Source: an uncultured Spirochaetota bacterium (GTDB lineage: Bacteria > Spirochaetota > Spirochaetia > SZUA-6 > Fen-1364). Taken from it: DNA of 64,000 nt. Under the pieces are notes generated by a model that worked only from the letters and a program-made list of their open reading frames with translations, was not told the origin of the DNA and did not search any database. This document shows, piece after piece, positions 26,848 to 35,226 of this stretch. Every line of letters starts with the position of its first letter. Position 1 is the first letter of the stretch. The stretch is taken from the NCBI GenBank assembly GCA_963820525.1, contig CAWGAA010000001.1, forward strand, positions 128,001 to 192,000, written 5' to 3'. A program made the translations under genes and the position numbers.

Positions 26848-28347
26848 ATGAATGGAACAGGGCTCTCCCTGGAGAACGTCTCTTTCCGCTATCCCTCGTA
26901 TGGAGAAAAGCAGGAGCAGTCCCTGCTCGAAGGTCTTCACTTTTCGCTGTCCCTGGGAGAGTGGGGCGCAGTTTTCGCGGGAGCCGACGCGGGAAAGTCG
27001 ACCCTGGCACGGATCATTGCCGGTCTCGTCCCCCGGTTCACGGGGGGGAGGCTATCGGGTTCCCTGGGCTTTCGGGGGATCGATCTCGCCGTATCCAAGC
27101 CCTACGAGCTCACCGAGCTTGTCGGCCTGGTGTTCCAGGACTCGGATGAGCAGCTGCTCACCACGCGGTGCGACACCGAGGTGGCATTCGCCCTGGAGTC
27201 CGAGGGAGTCCCTCGGGCGGAGATGACGGTCAGGGTCGAGGCCGCGATCGCCTTGATGGGGCTTTCGGATTTCAGCTCCCGAAACCCGGCAACGCTTTCG
27301 GGCGGAGAGAAGAAGCGCCTCCTCCTCGCCTGCCTCGCCGCAATCGATCCCGAGCTCTGGATCCTCGATGAAGCCTTTGAAGAGCTCGATCAATCGTGGA
27401 AAACGCGGATCGTCGATCACCTGCGGGGCAGGGGGAAAACAGTCCTCTTTCTCGATTCCCGCTGGTCTTCCCAGTACGCGGCGAACTGCTCGAGATTTGC
27501 CCTGCTCGAGGGTGGAAAGATCTCTCCCTTCGGCCCCGCCGAGCTGGCGCCGCTTGCCGCAGCTCTGGAGGAATCGGGTCTCGTGATTCCACGGGGGCTC
27601 GCCTCCCGGGAGTGCGCGCCTGTTGGGGAAAAAAAGGACGGCGGATTCTCACTGGTGATCGACAGGCTGGCGTTTCACTTTCCCGCTGAAGGGGCTTTCT
27701 CCATTCGCGTGGAGGGCCTCACCCTCCGCAAGGGGACCGTCTACGCTCTGGTCGGCAAAAACGGTTCGGGAAAGTCCACCATGGGGAAAATCCTCTGCGG
27801 ACTCCTGGCTCCCGACTCGGGTTCCATCGAGCTTGAGGAGGAGGGCAGAGCACGGCGGCGCGCGGTGCCTGAAGAGCTCAAGCGGCGCGTCGGCTACATG
27901 TTCCAGAATCCCGACTACCAGATCTTCCTCCCGACGGTCCGGGAGGAGCTCGCCCTTGGCCTTCGCGCCGCAGGCTTGCCGCGCGATGAGCTTGGGAAAA
28001 AAATCGAGCAAACCATCAGGCTCTTCCGGCTCCCTGCGGGAGATGCCCCACCGACCCTGATGAGCTACGGGGCGCGAAAGCGCCTCCAGGCCGCCACGTA
28101 CCACCTGCTGGGAAGGGATATCCTCATTCTCGACGAGATAGATTCCGGGCTTTCCTATGGGGAGTTTCTTCCCCTCCTGGAGGCTTTGCGCTCCAGCGGC
28201 GCCGGCATCGTAGTCGTCACCCACGACATGGATCTGGCGCGCGCGGTCTGCCAGCGCATCATCTTCCTTGAGGGGGGACGGGTCATTCGCGAGATCCCCG
28301 CGACGGACCTCGATGCCTCCGAGGCGCCGCAGGGGGCGGGGAGGTAG
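26848..28347 (+). CDS. ECF transporter fused duplicated ATPase (EcfAA')
   Basis: Two ABC domains: VGLVFQD, LSGGEKKR; GKNGSGKST, VGYMFQNPDYQIF, VVTHD. Confidence 0.9.
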   Translation: MNGTGLSLENVSFRYPSYGEKQEQSLLEGLHFSLSLGEWGAVFAGADAGKSTLARIIAGLVPRFTGGRLSGSLGFRGIDLAVSKPYELTELVGLVFQDSDEQLLTTRCDTEVAFALESEGVPRAEMTVRVEAAIALMGLSDFSSRNPATLSGGEKKRLLLACLAAIDPELWILDEAFEELDQSWKTRIVDHLRGRGKTVLFLDSRWSSQYAANCSRFALLEGGKISPFGPAELAPLAAALEESGLVIPRGLASRECAPVGEKKDGGFSLVIDRLAFHFPAEGAFSIRVEGLTLRKGTVYALVGKNGSGKSTMGKILCGLLAPDSGSIELEEEGRARRRAVPEELKRRVGYMFQNPDYQIFLPTVREELALGLRAAGLPRDELGKKIEQTIRLFRLPAGDAPPTLMSYGARKRLQAATYHLLGRDILILDEIDSGLSYGEFLPLLEALRSSGAGIVVVTHDMDLARAVCQRIIFLEGGRVIREIPATDLDASEAPQGAGR

Positions 28348-28357
28348 GGCGGTGGCC

Positions 28358-29113
28358 ATGGACTTCTTTTCGCCCGGCTCGTCTCTCCTTCATCGCTTCG
28401 ATCCCCGCGCCAAGCTTCTCCTGCTGGTCGCCGTGACGGCCTGTTTCTTTCTTCCCCTGCCCCTGGAGGTGCTCGCCGCGTATGTCGGAGCCCTGGCGGC
28501 CCTGGTCGGGTTTTCTCTCGGCGCGCGGCAGCTCGGGAAGTCCCTCCTCACCATCGCGCCGCTCCTCCTCGTCATCTGCCTCTTCACTCCCCTATTCCGG
28601 GCGGGCGGCAGGGTCATCTGGGCCCCTTTCGGGCTCGCATACCTCACGTTGGAAGGCGCATCGGCGACGGCACGCCTGCTTGCGCGCTTCGCCGGCATCA
28701 CTCTGGGATTCTTCGCGGCTTTCAGAACGATAGAGCTGAACGAGCTGATCCTGACGCTCCGCTGGTACGGGCTTCCCTATCGCTCCACCCTCATCCTCAC
28801 CATCGCATTGCGATTCATACCGTCGCTGGCCGAAATGTACGCGAACGTCCGCGATGCCCATACGCTTCGGCGCGGAGTCGAGAGCGGGAAAAGGCCATTC
28901 GAGAGGCTCATCCCCGTGCTCACCTCGATGATCATCCAGGCGGTGCGCGGGATACCGACGCTCGCCATGGTCCTGGAGCTGCGCGGCTTCGGGCGCGCCA
29001 ACCGCCGCACCGAATACAGGACCCTCGGCAGCGCACAACGGCTTGCCCGCCATCTTGCTGTCGGCGCCCTGCTCGCCGCGGTCCTGTTCGCTCCCCTGGC
29101 TCTGCCGCGCTGA
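28358..29113 (+). CDS. ecfT: ECF transporter T component
   Basis: SLLHRFDPRAKL, ALRFIP, LRGF motifs. Confidence 0.9.
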   Translation: MDFFSPGSSLLHRFDPRAKLLLLVAVTACFFLPLPLEVLAAYVGALAALVGFSLGARQLGKSLLTIAPLLLVICLFTPLFRAGGRVIWAPFGLAYLTLEGASATARLLARFAGITLGFFAAFRTIELNELILTLRWYGLPYRSTLILTIALRFIPSLAEMYANVRDAHTLRRGVESGKRPFERLIPVLTSMIIQAVRGIPTLAMVLELRGFGRANRRTEYRTLGSAQRLARHLAVGALLAAVLFAPLALPR

Positions 29114-29114
29114 C

Positions 29115-29143
29115 TTCACTCTCTGGCTCGTCTCATATATACT
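29115..29143 (+). promoter_or_regulatory. Putative internal promoter for the S component-yggS-rluD genes
   Basis: TTCACT-N17-TATACT upstream of AGGAGG. Confidence 0.5.
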
Positions 29144-29167
29144 TTCAAGGAAAGCAGGAGGCGTCCA

Positions 29168-29707
29168 ATGAACGATCGATCCGTCCCCGTCCCTTCGAGC
29201 CTTCGCATCGCGGCAGTCGCGGTCCTCACCGCGGTCACGTTCGTGATCGGCTATTTCGTGAGGCTTCCCCTTCCCGCCACGCAGGGCATCTTCACGCTTG
29301 CGGACCTTGCCATCTTTTTCGCCGCCTTCGCCTTCGGTCCCTACTCGGCCGCCATTGCGGGAGGAGCCGGGACGGCTTTGATCGATATAATCGGCGGCAC
29401 TGCCCAGTACGCGCCGATCTCGCTTCTCGTGCACGGCCTCGAGGGCCTTGTGGCGGGGGCGATCGCGGCCGCGGGAAAGAAGGGCCCGCGCGAGATCGTG
29501 CTGTGGATCGTCGCAGGAACGGCCGGCATCGTCCTCGTGGCGGGCGGCTACTTCCTTGCCGAGGTTGTTTTCTTCGGCGGCCCGGCGACGGCCGTCACCG
29601 AGGTGCTTCCCAACATCGCTCAGGCCGCGATCGGCGCGGTGGGGGGCGCGCTCCTCACCGCCGCGGTGCGCCGCGCGTATCCTCCGGTCCAGGGATTGCG
29701 GTGGTAG
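29168..29707 (+). CDS. ECF transporter S component (PdxU/HmpT-like)
   Basis: PLPATQGIFTLADL, AIAGGAGTALID, YAPISLLVHGLEG; about 6 TMs. Confidence 0.8.
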   Translation: MNDRSVPVPSSLRIAAVAVLTAVTFVIGYFVRLPLPATQGIFTLADLAIFFAAFAFGPYSAAIAGGAGTALIDIIGGTAQYAPISLLVHGLEGLVAGAIAAAGKKGPREIVLWIVAGTAGIVLVAGGYFLAEVVFFGGPATAVTEVLPNIAQAAIGAVGGALLTAAVRRAYPPVQGLRW

Positions 29708-30405
29708 TGGAAGAGCAGCGCCTCGAGCTTCGACGAAGGCTCGATGAGGTCCGCCAGCGCATCGCGCTGTCCGCGGCAAGGTCCGGCAGGAAGGCGGATG
29801 CCGTCCGGCTCATGGCTGTCACCAAGACCGTGCCGCGAGAGGCCGTTGAGAACGCCGTCGAGGCGGGGGTGGATCTCTTCGGTGAGAACAGGGTTCAGGA
29901 AGCCGGCCGGAAGTACGAGGGACTCGCGGGAAAGCTGGAGCTGCACCTGATCGGGCATCTGCAACGGAACAAAGCGGGCCTTGCCGCCGGGATATTCAGC
30001 TGCGTTCAATCCATAGACAAGCTCGAGACGGCGCAAGCCCTGAGCGGGCACTGCTCCTCCCGGGGAAAAGCCATGGACCTCCTGCTGGAAGTCAACACGA
30101 GCGGCGAGGAGTCGAAATCGGGTTTCCGCACGCGGGAGGAGCTCCTGCGGTGTCTGGATCCAATCTTCGAGCTTCCTTCCCTCAGGGTGAGGGGGCTGAT
30201 GACGGTCGGGCCGCTGGTCCAGGATCGCGAAGCCGTCCGGCGTGCCTTTTCAACACTTTTTTCCATTTTTGCCGAGCTTGCCGCTCGCGGGCTTCCCGAT
30301 TTCGAAATCCTCTCCATGGGGATGTCTTCGGACTACGAGATTGCGATCGAGGAAGGGTCCACGATGGTTCGCCTGGGCACGGCCCTTTTCGGGCCGAGGG
30401 CGTGA
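29707..30405 (+). CDS. yggS: PLP homeostasis protein YggS
   Basis: MAVTK, FGENRVQE, HLIGHLQRNK, SMGMSSDYEIAIEEGSTMVRLGTALFG. Confidence 0.95.
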   Translation: MEEQRLELRRRLDEVRQRIALSAARSGRKADAVRLMAVTKTVPREAVENAVEAGVDLFGENRVQEAGRKYEGLAGKLELHLIGHLQRNKAGLAAGIFSCVQSIDKLETAQALSGHCSSRGKAMDLLLEVNTSGEESKSGFRTREELLRCLDPIFELPSLRVRGLMTVGPLVQDREAVRRAFSTLFSIFAELAARGLPDFEILSMGMSSDYEIAIEEGSTMVRLGTALFGPRA

Positions 30406-30407
30406 TA

Positions 30408-30995
30408 ATGCGCCGCTCCATTCGTTTCGTTGTCGCCGCGGCCGTCCTCTTCTTGCTTGTCTGCCTTGGAGCTGCGGGGCAATCAGTCTCGGACACCGAT
30501 CCGTCGGGAGACGGCTCTTTGAACATCGGGCTGTCTCTTTACGGACTGCCCCCATCCCTGGATCCTTTTTATCAGCTTCTCGATACCCAGCCGCCCGCGG
30601 ATCAGCCCCCCGCGGATCAAGCGCCGGGCGGGCAAACCCCGCCCGCCGGCCAGCCGCCGGGACAGACCCCCCCGCCGGGAGACAAGACACCGGAGCCGTA
30701 TACGAAGGACGAGTTCGCGCCATGGCTTCAAGACCTCTGGAGGGCGGAGGTCATCTTCGTCGGGTCCCTTCCCTTCACGCTGTTCTTCTCCCTCGAAGGC
30801 TACGACTTCTACCGCTACGCCTCCTCCGGCTTTTCTCCGGCCCAGGCGCCCTGGCCTCTCCGTCCCGGCGCGCAGATCCAATACAGCGGGCAGGAGCAGT
30901 TCTGGCTCCTCATTTCCACGGTAACTCTTTCGGCTCTCGTGTCCGCGACAGACTACCTCATCGGAGCCCTGTCGAAGCCTCATGAAAACCGCTGA
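30408..30995 (+). CDS. Conserved spirochaete-type membrane protein with a Pro-rich linker
   Basis: Signal peptide; PEPYTKDEFAPWLQDLWRAEVIFVGSLPF; C-terminal TMs. Confidence 0.65.
   Translation: MRRSIRFVVAAAVLFLLVCLGAAGQSVSDTDPSGDGSLNIGLSLYGLPPSLDPFYQLLDTQPPADQPPADQAPGGQTPPAGQPPGQTPPPGDKTPEPYTKDEFAPWLQDLWRAEVIFVGSLPFTLFFSLEGYDFYRYASSGFSPAQAPWPLRPGAQIQYSGQEQFWLLISTVTLSALVSATDYLIGALSKPHENR
30588..30680 (+). repeat. Short imperfect coding tandem repeats (QPPAD/QTPP)
   Basis: CAGCCGCCCGCGGAT, CAGCCCCCCGCGGAT and related units. Confidence 0.6.
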
Positions 30996-31944
30996 CGCCC
31001 GGGTGGAAGATCCCGCGCATTGGGGAGCGCGGCTCGACGTCTTCATCTCGGAAGGCATGGGGCTCTTCTCCCGCAGCCAGGCGAAGGCCCGGGTCTTGGC
31101 AGCGCGCGTAAACGGAAAGAACGCCCGGCTCGCCAGGAGGGTGAAGCCCGGGGACCTGGTTTCCGTCGATTACACGGATGCCCCGCCGCTGGAGGCGGCG
31201 CCCCAGGATATCCCGCTGGACATCCTCTTCGAGAACGAGGATGCCATCGTCATCAACAAGCCGCAGGGCATGGTGGTGCACCCGGGAAGCGGCAACCGGG
31301 AGGGCACCCTCGTGAATGCGCTGCTCTTCCACTGCGCGGGGTTGGCCGGCGCCTTCGGCGGAGAGGACTCGAGGCCGGGAATCGTGCACAGGCTCGACAA
31401 GGACACCTCCGGGGTCATCATCGCGGCGAAGAACCCCCGCGCACACGAGTTTCTCGCCTCGCAGTTCAAGGCGCGCCGGGTGCGCAAGAGCTACCTCGCG
31501 GTGGTCATGGGCCTGCCGAAGGAGAGTCACGGCAGGGTGGAGACGGGAATCCTTCGCGATCCTTCCCACAGGAAGAGATTCATCTGCGTCTCCGGCCGGG
31601 GCAGAGCGGCCGTGACATACTACAAGGTGCTGCGCTCCTATCGGATGCCTGCCGGCGCGGGGCTCCCACGCTCTCCCGCCGTCTACGGCTTTCTCTCCCT
31701 GGCGCCGCGCACGGGGCGGACACATCAGCTGCGTGTCCATATGCGCCATCTGTCGACTCCCATCCTCGGCGATCCGCTCTACGGAAAGTCGGATGCCCGC
31801 TTTCCCGACGCCTCTCTCATGCTCCACGCCCACCGCCTTTCCATTCTCCTGCCGGGCGAGGAAATACCGAGGATTTTCGCCGCCCCCCTTCCTGAGCGGC
31901 TGCGGTCGACGCTCCGCCGGCTTCACAGCCTTTCGCCCAGGTAA
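30982..31944 (+). CDS. rluD: RluA/RluD-family pseudouridine synthase
   Basis: S4-like N-terminus (RLD..SRS); NKPQGMVVHP, HRLDKDTSG, TGRTHQLRVH, GDPLYG. Confidence 0.92.
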   Translation: MKTADARVEDPAHWGARLDVFISEGMGLFSRSQAKARVLAARVNGKNARLARRVKPGDLVSVDYTDAPPLEAAPQDIPLDILFENEDAIVINKPQGMVVHPGSGNREGTLVNALLFHCAGLAGAFGGEDSRPGIVHRLDKDTSGVIIAAKNPRAHEFLASQFKARRVRKSYLAVVMGLPKESHGRVETGILRDPSHRKRFICVSGRGRAAVTYYKVLRSYRMPAGAGLPRSPAVYGFLSLAPRTGRTHQLRVHMRHLSTPILGDPLYGKSDARFPDASLMLHAHRLSILLPGEEIPRIFAAPLPERLRSTLRRLHSLSPR

Positions 31945-32491
31945 GGGTTGAAGGCCCTCTCTATCCCGATCTTCGATGGGGGTCCGTGTCCCGGAAAAAC
32001 CGCGAGATCGTCGCCCAATGGGAGGATCCGCTTCCTGATTGAAGAGAGCAGGAGCCCGCGGGCATAGCCGTCCCGCGTCCGCCCTATCCCTCCCGCGTTC
32101 AGCGTGTCTCCCGTGAAGAGAAAGCGCCCCAGGCGGAAGCAGAGCGAGTCGATGGAGTGCCCGGGGGTCTCCAGGACCTGGAACGTGAAAGCGCCGAAGT
32201 CCAGCTCGTCCCCATCCTGGATGTGGTGGGCGGGAAAATCGAGGACGCTGGGCTGGTTGGAGTAGATCTCGGCGTCATAGACTTTGAGGAGCGTCTTGAT
32301 CCCGTTGATATGGGCATTGTGGGCATGGGTGACGAGGATCCTCCTGATCGAAAGCCGGTTCCCTTCCACGGCCTGCAGGAGCTGCGTGTCGAAGACTCCC
32401 GGATCGATGAGCACGGCGTCTCCCCCCCGTCGCTTCCGACGAGGTACGTGTTGGAGAAGCCGACGGAGGAGAACAGCGAGTAGAAGATCAC
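31923..32491 (-). CDS. MBL-fold metallo-hydrolase (glyoxalase II-like), frameshifted at a G7 tract
   Basis: GTG 32491 gives IFYSLFSSVGFSNTYLVGSD; the frame changes at 32422-32428 to DAVLIDPG, THAHNAH, TPGHS, FTGD, FPGHG. Confidence 0.82.
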
Positions 32492-33084
32492 CGCCCCACC
32501 TCGACAAACGTCGCCTCGTTCGTGTTCGACGAGCGGAAATCCACGCCTCTCACCGTCCCGTCGAATCGCACCCGTGTGAGGTTGCAGTCTTTCATTCCCA
32601 CCCCCTCGAACGAGCCTCCGAGGAAGCGCGAGGCGTAGAGGTTGGAGTGGTTGAACGTCGTGGCGCGGCAGCGGATCCCCATGAAGTTGCACTGCAGGAG
32701 GTCGCTCTCGGCGAAGAGGCACTCCTCGATGAGTGAGCCGGCGAAGACGGAGTTCAGGAGGGTGCTGCCTGAAAAATCGCAGGCGAGGATCTCGGCCGAG
32801 TCGCAGAAGACGAGCTGAAATGAGGACTTTCTCAGAAGCACGCTCCGCAGCCGAAGGCCGGCCAGGTTGCATCCCGAGACCTGGACGCCGCTTGCGTCGA
32901 GATCGGCGAGAGTGATGCCGCTGATATCGTAGTCGACGAGGCGCTTCTCGCCGTGCAGGATCTCCGCGATGCGGCGGGCGTAGGAGACGACGTCATCGCA
33001 GTGGACTGAGCAAACGGAGAGACCCGTGAGCGCTGTCCCAGCGCAGTGGGGAACCGAGCAGGGGCGAAAGCTGACCATTTCCAT
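32488..33084 (-). CDS. Pentapeptide repeat protein with a Cys/His-rich N-terminus
   Basis: A(D/N)(L/F)xx-like repeats (CNLAG, CDFSG, CNFMG, SNLYA, CNLTR); N-terminal C..C...C..HC. Confidence 0.85.
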   Translation of the reverse strand: MEMVSFRPCSVPHCAGTALTGLSVCSVHCDDVVSYARRIAEILHGEKRLVDYDISGITLADLDASGVQVSGCNLAGLRLRSVLLRKSSFQLVFCDSAEILACDFSGSTLLNSVFAGSLIEECLFAESDLLQCNFMGIRCRATTFNHSNLYASRFLGGSFEGVGMKDCNLTRVRFDGTVRGVDFRSSNTNEATFVEVGR

Positions 33085-33210
33085 TGAAAGGATATACCCA
33101 AGAGGGTGCGTCCGCAAGTCCGCGCGCGACGCCGGTTGGCTTCGCACCCATGGCTCACCGTGCATGCCTCCGGATTGTATCCTCCCGGCGAATTGTATAT
33201 CATCTGGTGC

Positions 33211-33501
33211 ATGTGCGCCTGCCATTTCTGCGGAACCGTCATCGAAAACCCGAGGGAGGTGTTTCGAGGTTCCGAATGCCCCGGATGCGGGAAGGATCTC
33301 AAGATCTGCCTCAATTGCAAGTTCTCCAGCCCCGGCGCCCACTGGGACTGTTCGGAGACGATCGACGAGCCGGTGGCGGAAAAGACCCGGGGGAATTTCT
33401 GCACCTATTTCGTTTTTCGGGATTCGGCCGCTCGGAGCGACAGTCCCCGGGGCACCGACGCCGCGCGCAAGAAGCTGGATCGGCTCTTTGGAGATGGCTG
33501 A
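33211..33501 (+). CDS. Small Cys-rich (multi zinc-ribbon) protein
   Basis: CHFC, CPGC, CLNC, C and NFC motifs; consensus-like promoter directly upstream. Confidence 0.8.
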   Translation: MCACHFCGTVIENPREVFRGSECPGCGKDLKICLNCKFSSPGAHWDCSETIDEPVAEKTRGNFCTYFVFRDSAARSDSPRGTDAARKKLDRLFGDG

Positions 33502-34285
33502 CGGGCCGATCGCCTTCATTGATTCGGGAGTCGGCGGGCTTCCCTACCTTGCCAGCACGCGGCGCTTTGTGCCGGGAAAGCGCATGGTTTACGCGGCGGA
33601 CCGTGAAAACTTCCCCTATGGAGAGAAAAGCGCCGAAGATATCACGCGTTCGGTCCTCTCGCTGACAGACCGGCTGATCCGAAAGGAAGATCCCCGGCTT
33701 ATCGTCGTGGCGTGCAACACCATGTCGGTTGTCGCGCTCGCGGCGCTGCGCTCCCGCTTCTCCCTTCCCTTCGTGGGGGTGGTTCCCGCCGTCAAGCCGG
33801 CCGCCGCCGCCTCCCGGGCCAAGTGCGTCGGGGTGCTCGCCACGCAGCGCACCGTTGAGGGGCGCTACCTCAAGGACCTCATCGAGAAGCATGCCGCAGG
33901 CTGCCGCGTGGCGAGCCTTCCCGCGGCGGATCTCGTGAGCTTCGTGGAGGAGGATTATTTCCGCTCTACTCCCGAGGAAAGGCGGGCGCGCGTCAGGCGT
34001 GAGGCTGAGCTTTTCCGCAGGGAGGGGGTGGATACGGTGGTTCTCGCCTGCACGCATTTCCTGCACCTGGAGGAGGAGTTCAAAGCCGAGCTGGGAAAAG
34101 GAATCGCCGTGGTCGACTCCCGGGAGGGAGTGGCCAGACAGGTTGCGCGGCTCCTCGACGGAGCAGAGGCCGCGCACGATGAGCGGCAGGGCGACTGCCT
34201 CTACCTCACGGGGCCGAATCCCATCGAGGAGCGCTACGTTTTCTTTGCACGGAAGTTCGGCCTGTCCCTGGCGGGAATCATCTGA
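33494..34285 (+). CDS. murI: Glutamate racemase
   Basis: DSGVGG, FPYGEK, ACNT, LACTHF. Confidence 0.95.
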   Translation: MADGPIAFIDSGVGGLPYLASTRRFVPGKRMVYAADRENFPYGEKSAEDITRSVLSLTDRLIRKEDPRLIVVACNTMSVVALAALRSRFSLPFVGVVPAVKPAAAASRAKCVGVLATQRTVEGRYLKDLIEKHAAGCRVASLPAADLVSFVEEDYFRSTPEERRARVRREAELFRREGVDTVVLACTHFLHLEEEFKAELGKGIAVVDSREGVARQVARLLDGAEAAHDERQGDCLYLTGPNPIEERYVFFARKFGLSLAGII

Positions 34286-34287
34286 CA

Positions 34288-35226
34288 ATGGCGGAAACTC
34301 GAAGCGGCCAGGTGCTTTTCGGCATCAACTCGATCTATACCGTGCTGACGGAGGATGGAAGCCGGCTCCTCTGCCGGATAAAGGGAAAAGTGTTGAAGGG
34401 GGGCGGGAAGAGCTACAACCCTATCGCCGCGGGAGATTTCGTCGACATCATTCCCGATTCGATCAGTCCCGCAGGCGGAATGATCACGGGCATCAGGGAC
34501 CGGCGCACGCAGCTTGCCAGGTGGAACAAGAAGGGAAGAGCCCGGCAGGTCCTCGCCGCCAATGCGGATCTCGCCGTATGCGTCACATCGCCCAAATCCC
34601 CTCCGTTCCGGCCCCGATTCATCGACAGGATCATCGCGGCGGCGGAGGGCGGCCGGATGCAGGTTCTCGTGCTCATGAACAAATCGGACCTGGGGGTGAG
34701 CGATGAGACGAGGGAAAGGCTCTCCTCTTTCATGAGCATCGGCTATCCCGTCCTCTCGTGCTCCGCCGTCACGGGGGCCGGAATCCCGGAGCTTGCGAAG
34801 GCACTGGAGGGAAAGATCTCCGCGTTCGTCGGGCAGTCAGGGGTTGGAAAATCATCCATCCTCAACGCGATGAACCCGGGCCTGAACCTCAAGATAGGGG
34901 AAGTCTCGCAGAAGCATGACAGGGGAAGCCATACGACGAATTTCTCCGCCCTCATGACCCTCGCGGGCGGCCTGAAGGTCATCGATACGCCCGGAATCAG
35001 GGAGCTGGAGCTGTCGGATGTCCTGCCGGAAGAGCTGGCCTACCTCTTCCGCGAGTTTTCTGCCTACGCCTCATCGTGCGCTGTGCCGGTCTGCCCCCAC
35101 GACGAGGAGCCGGGCTGTGCCGTGAGGGCCGCGGTGGAGAAGGGTGAGATCCACCCGGATAGGTATGAGAGCTATATCAGGACTTTGAGCGAGCTGCGGG
35201 AAACGAGGCGCCGGCTCCATGGATGA
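34288..35226 (+). CDS. rsgA: Ribosome small subunit-dependent GTPase
   Basis: NKSDL, GQSGVGKSS, GSHTT, DTPG, C-terminal CxxxxCxHxxExxC. Confidence 0.95.
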   Translation: MAETRSGQVLFGINSIYTVLTEDGSRLLCRIKGKVLKGGGKSYNPIAAGDFVDIIPDSISPAGGMITGIRDRRTQLARWNKKGRARQVLAANADLAVCVTSPKSPPFRPRFIDRIIAAAEGGRMQVLVLMNKSDLGVSDETRERLSSFMSIGYPVLSCSAVTGAGIPELAKALEGKISAFVGQSGVGKSSILNAMNPGLNLKIGEVSQKHDRGSHTTNFSALMTLAGGLKVIDTPGIRELELSDVLPEELAYLFREFSAYASSCAVPVCPHDEEPGCAVRAAVEKGEIHPDRYESYIRTLSELRETRRRLHG

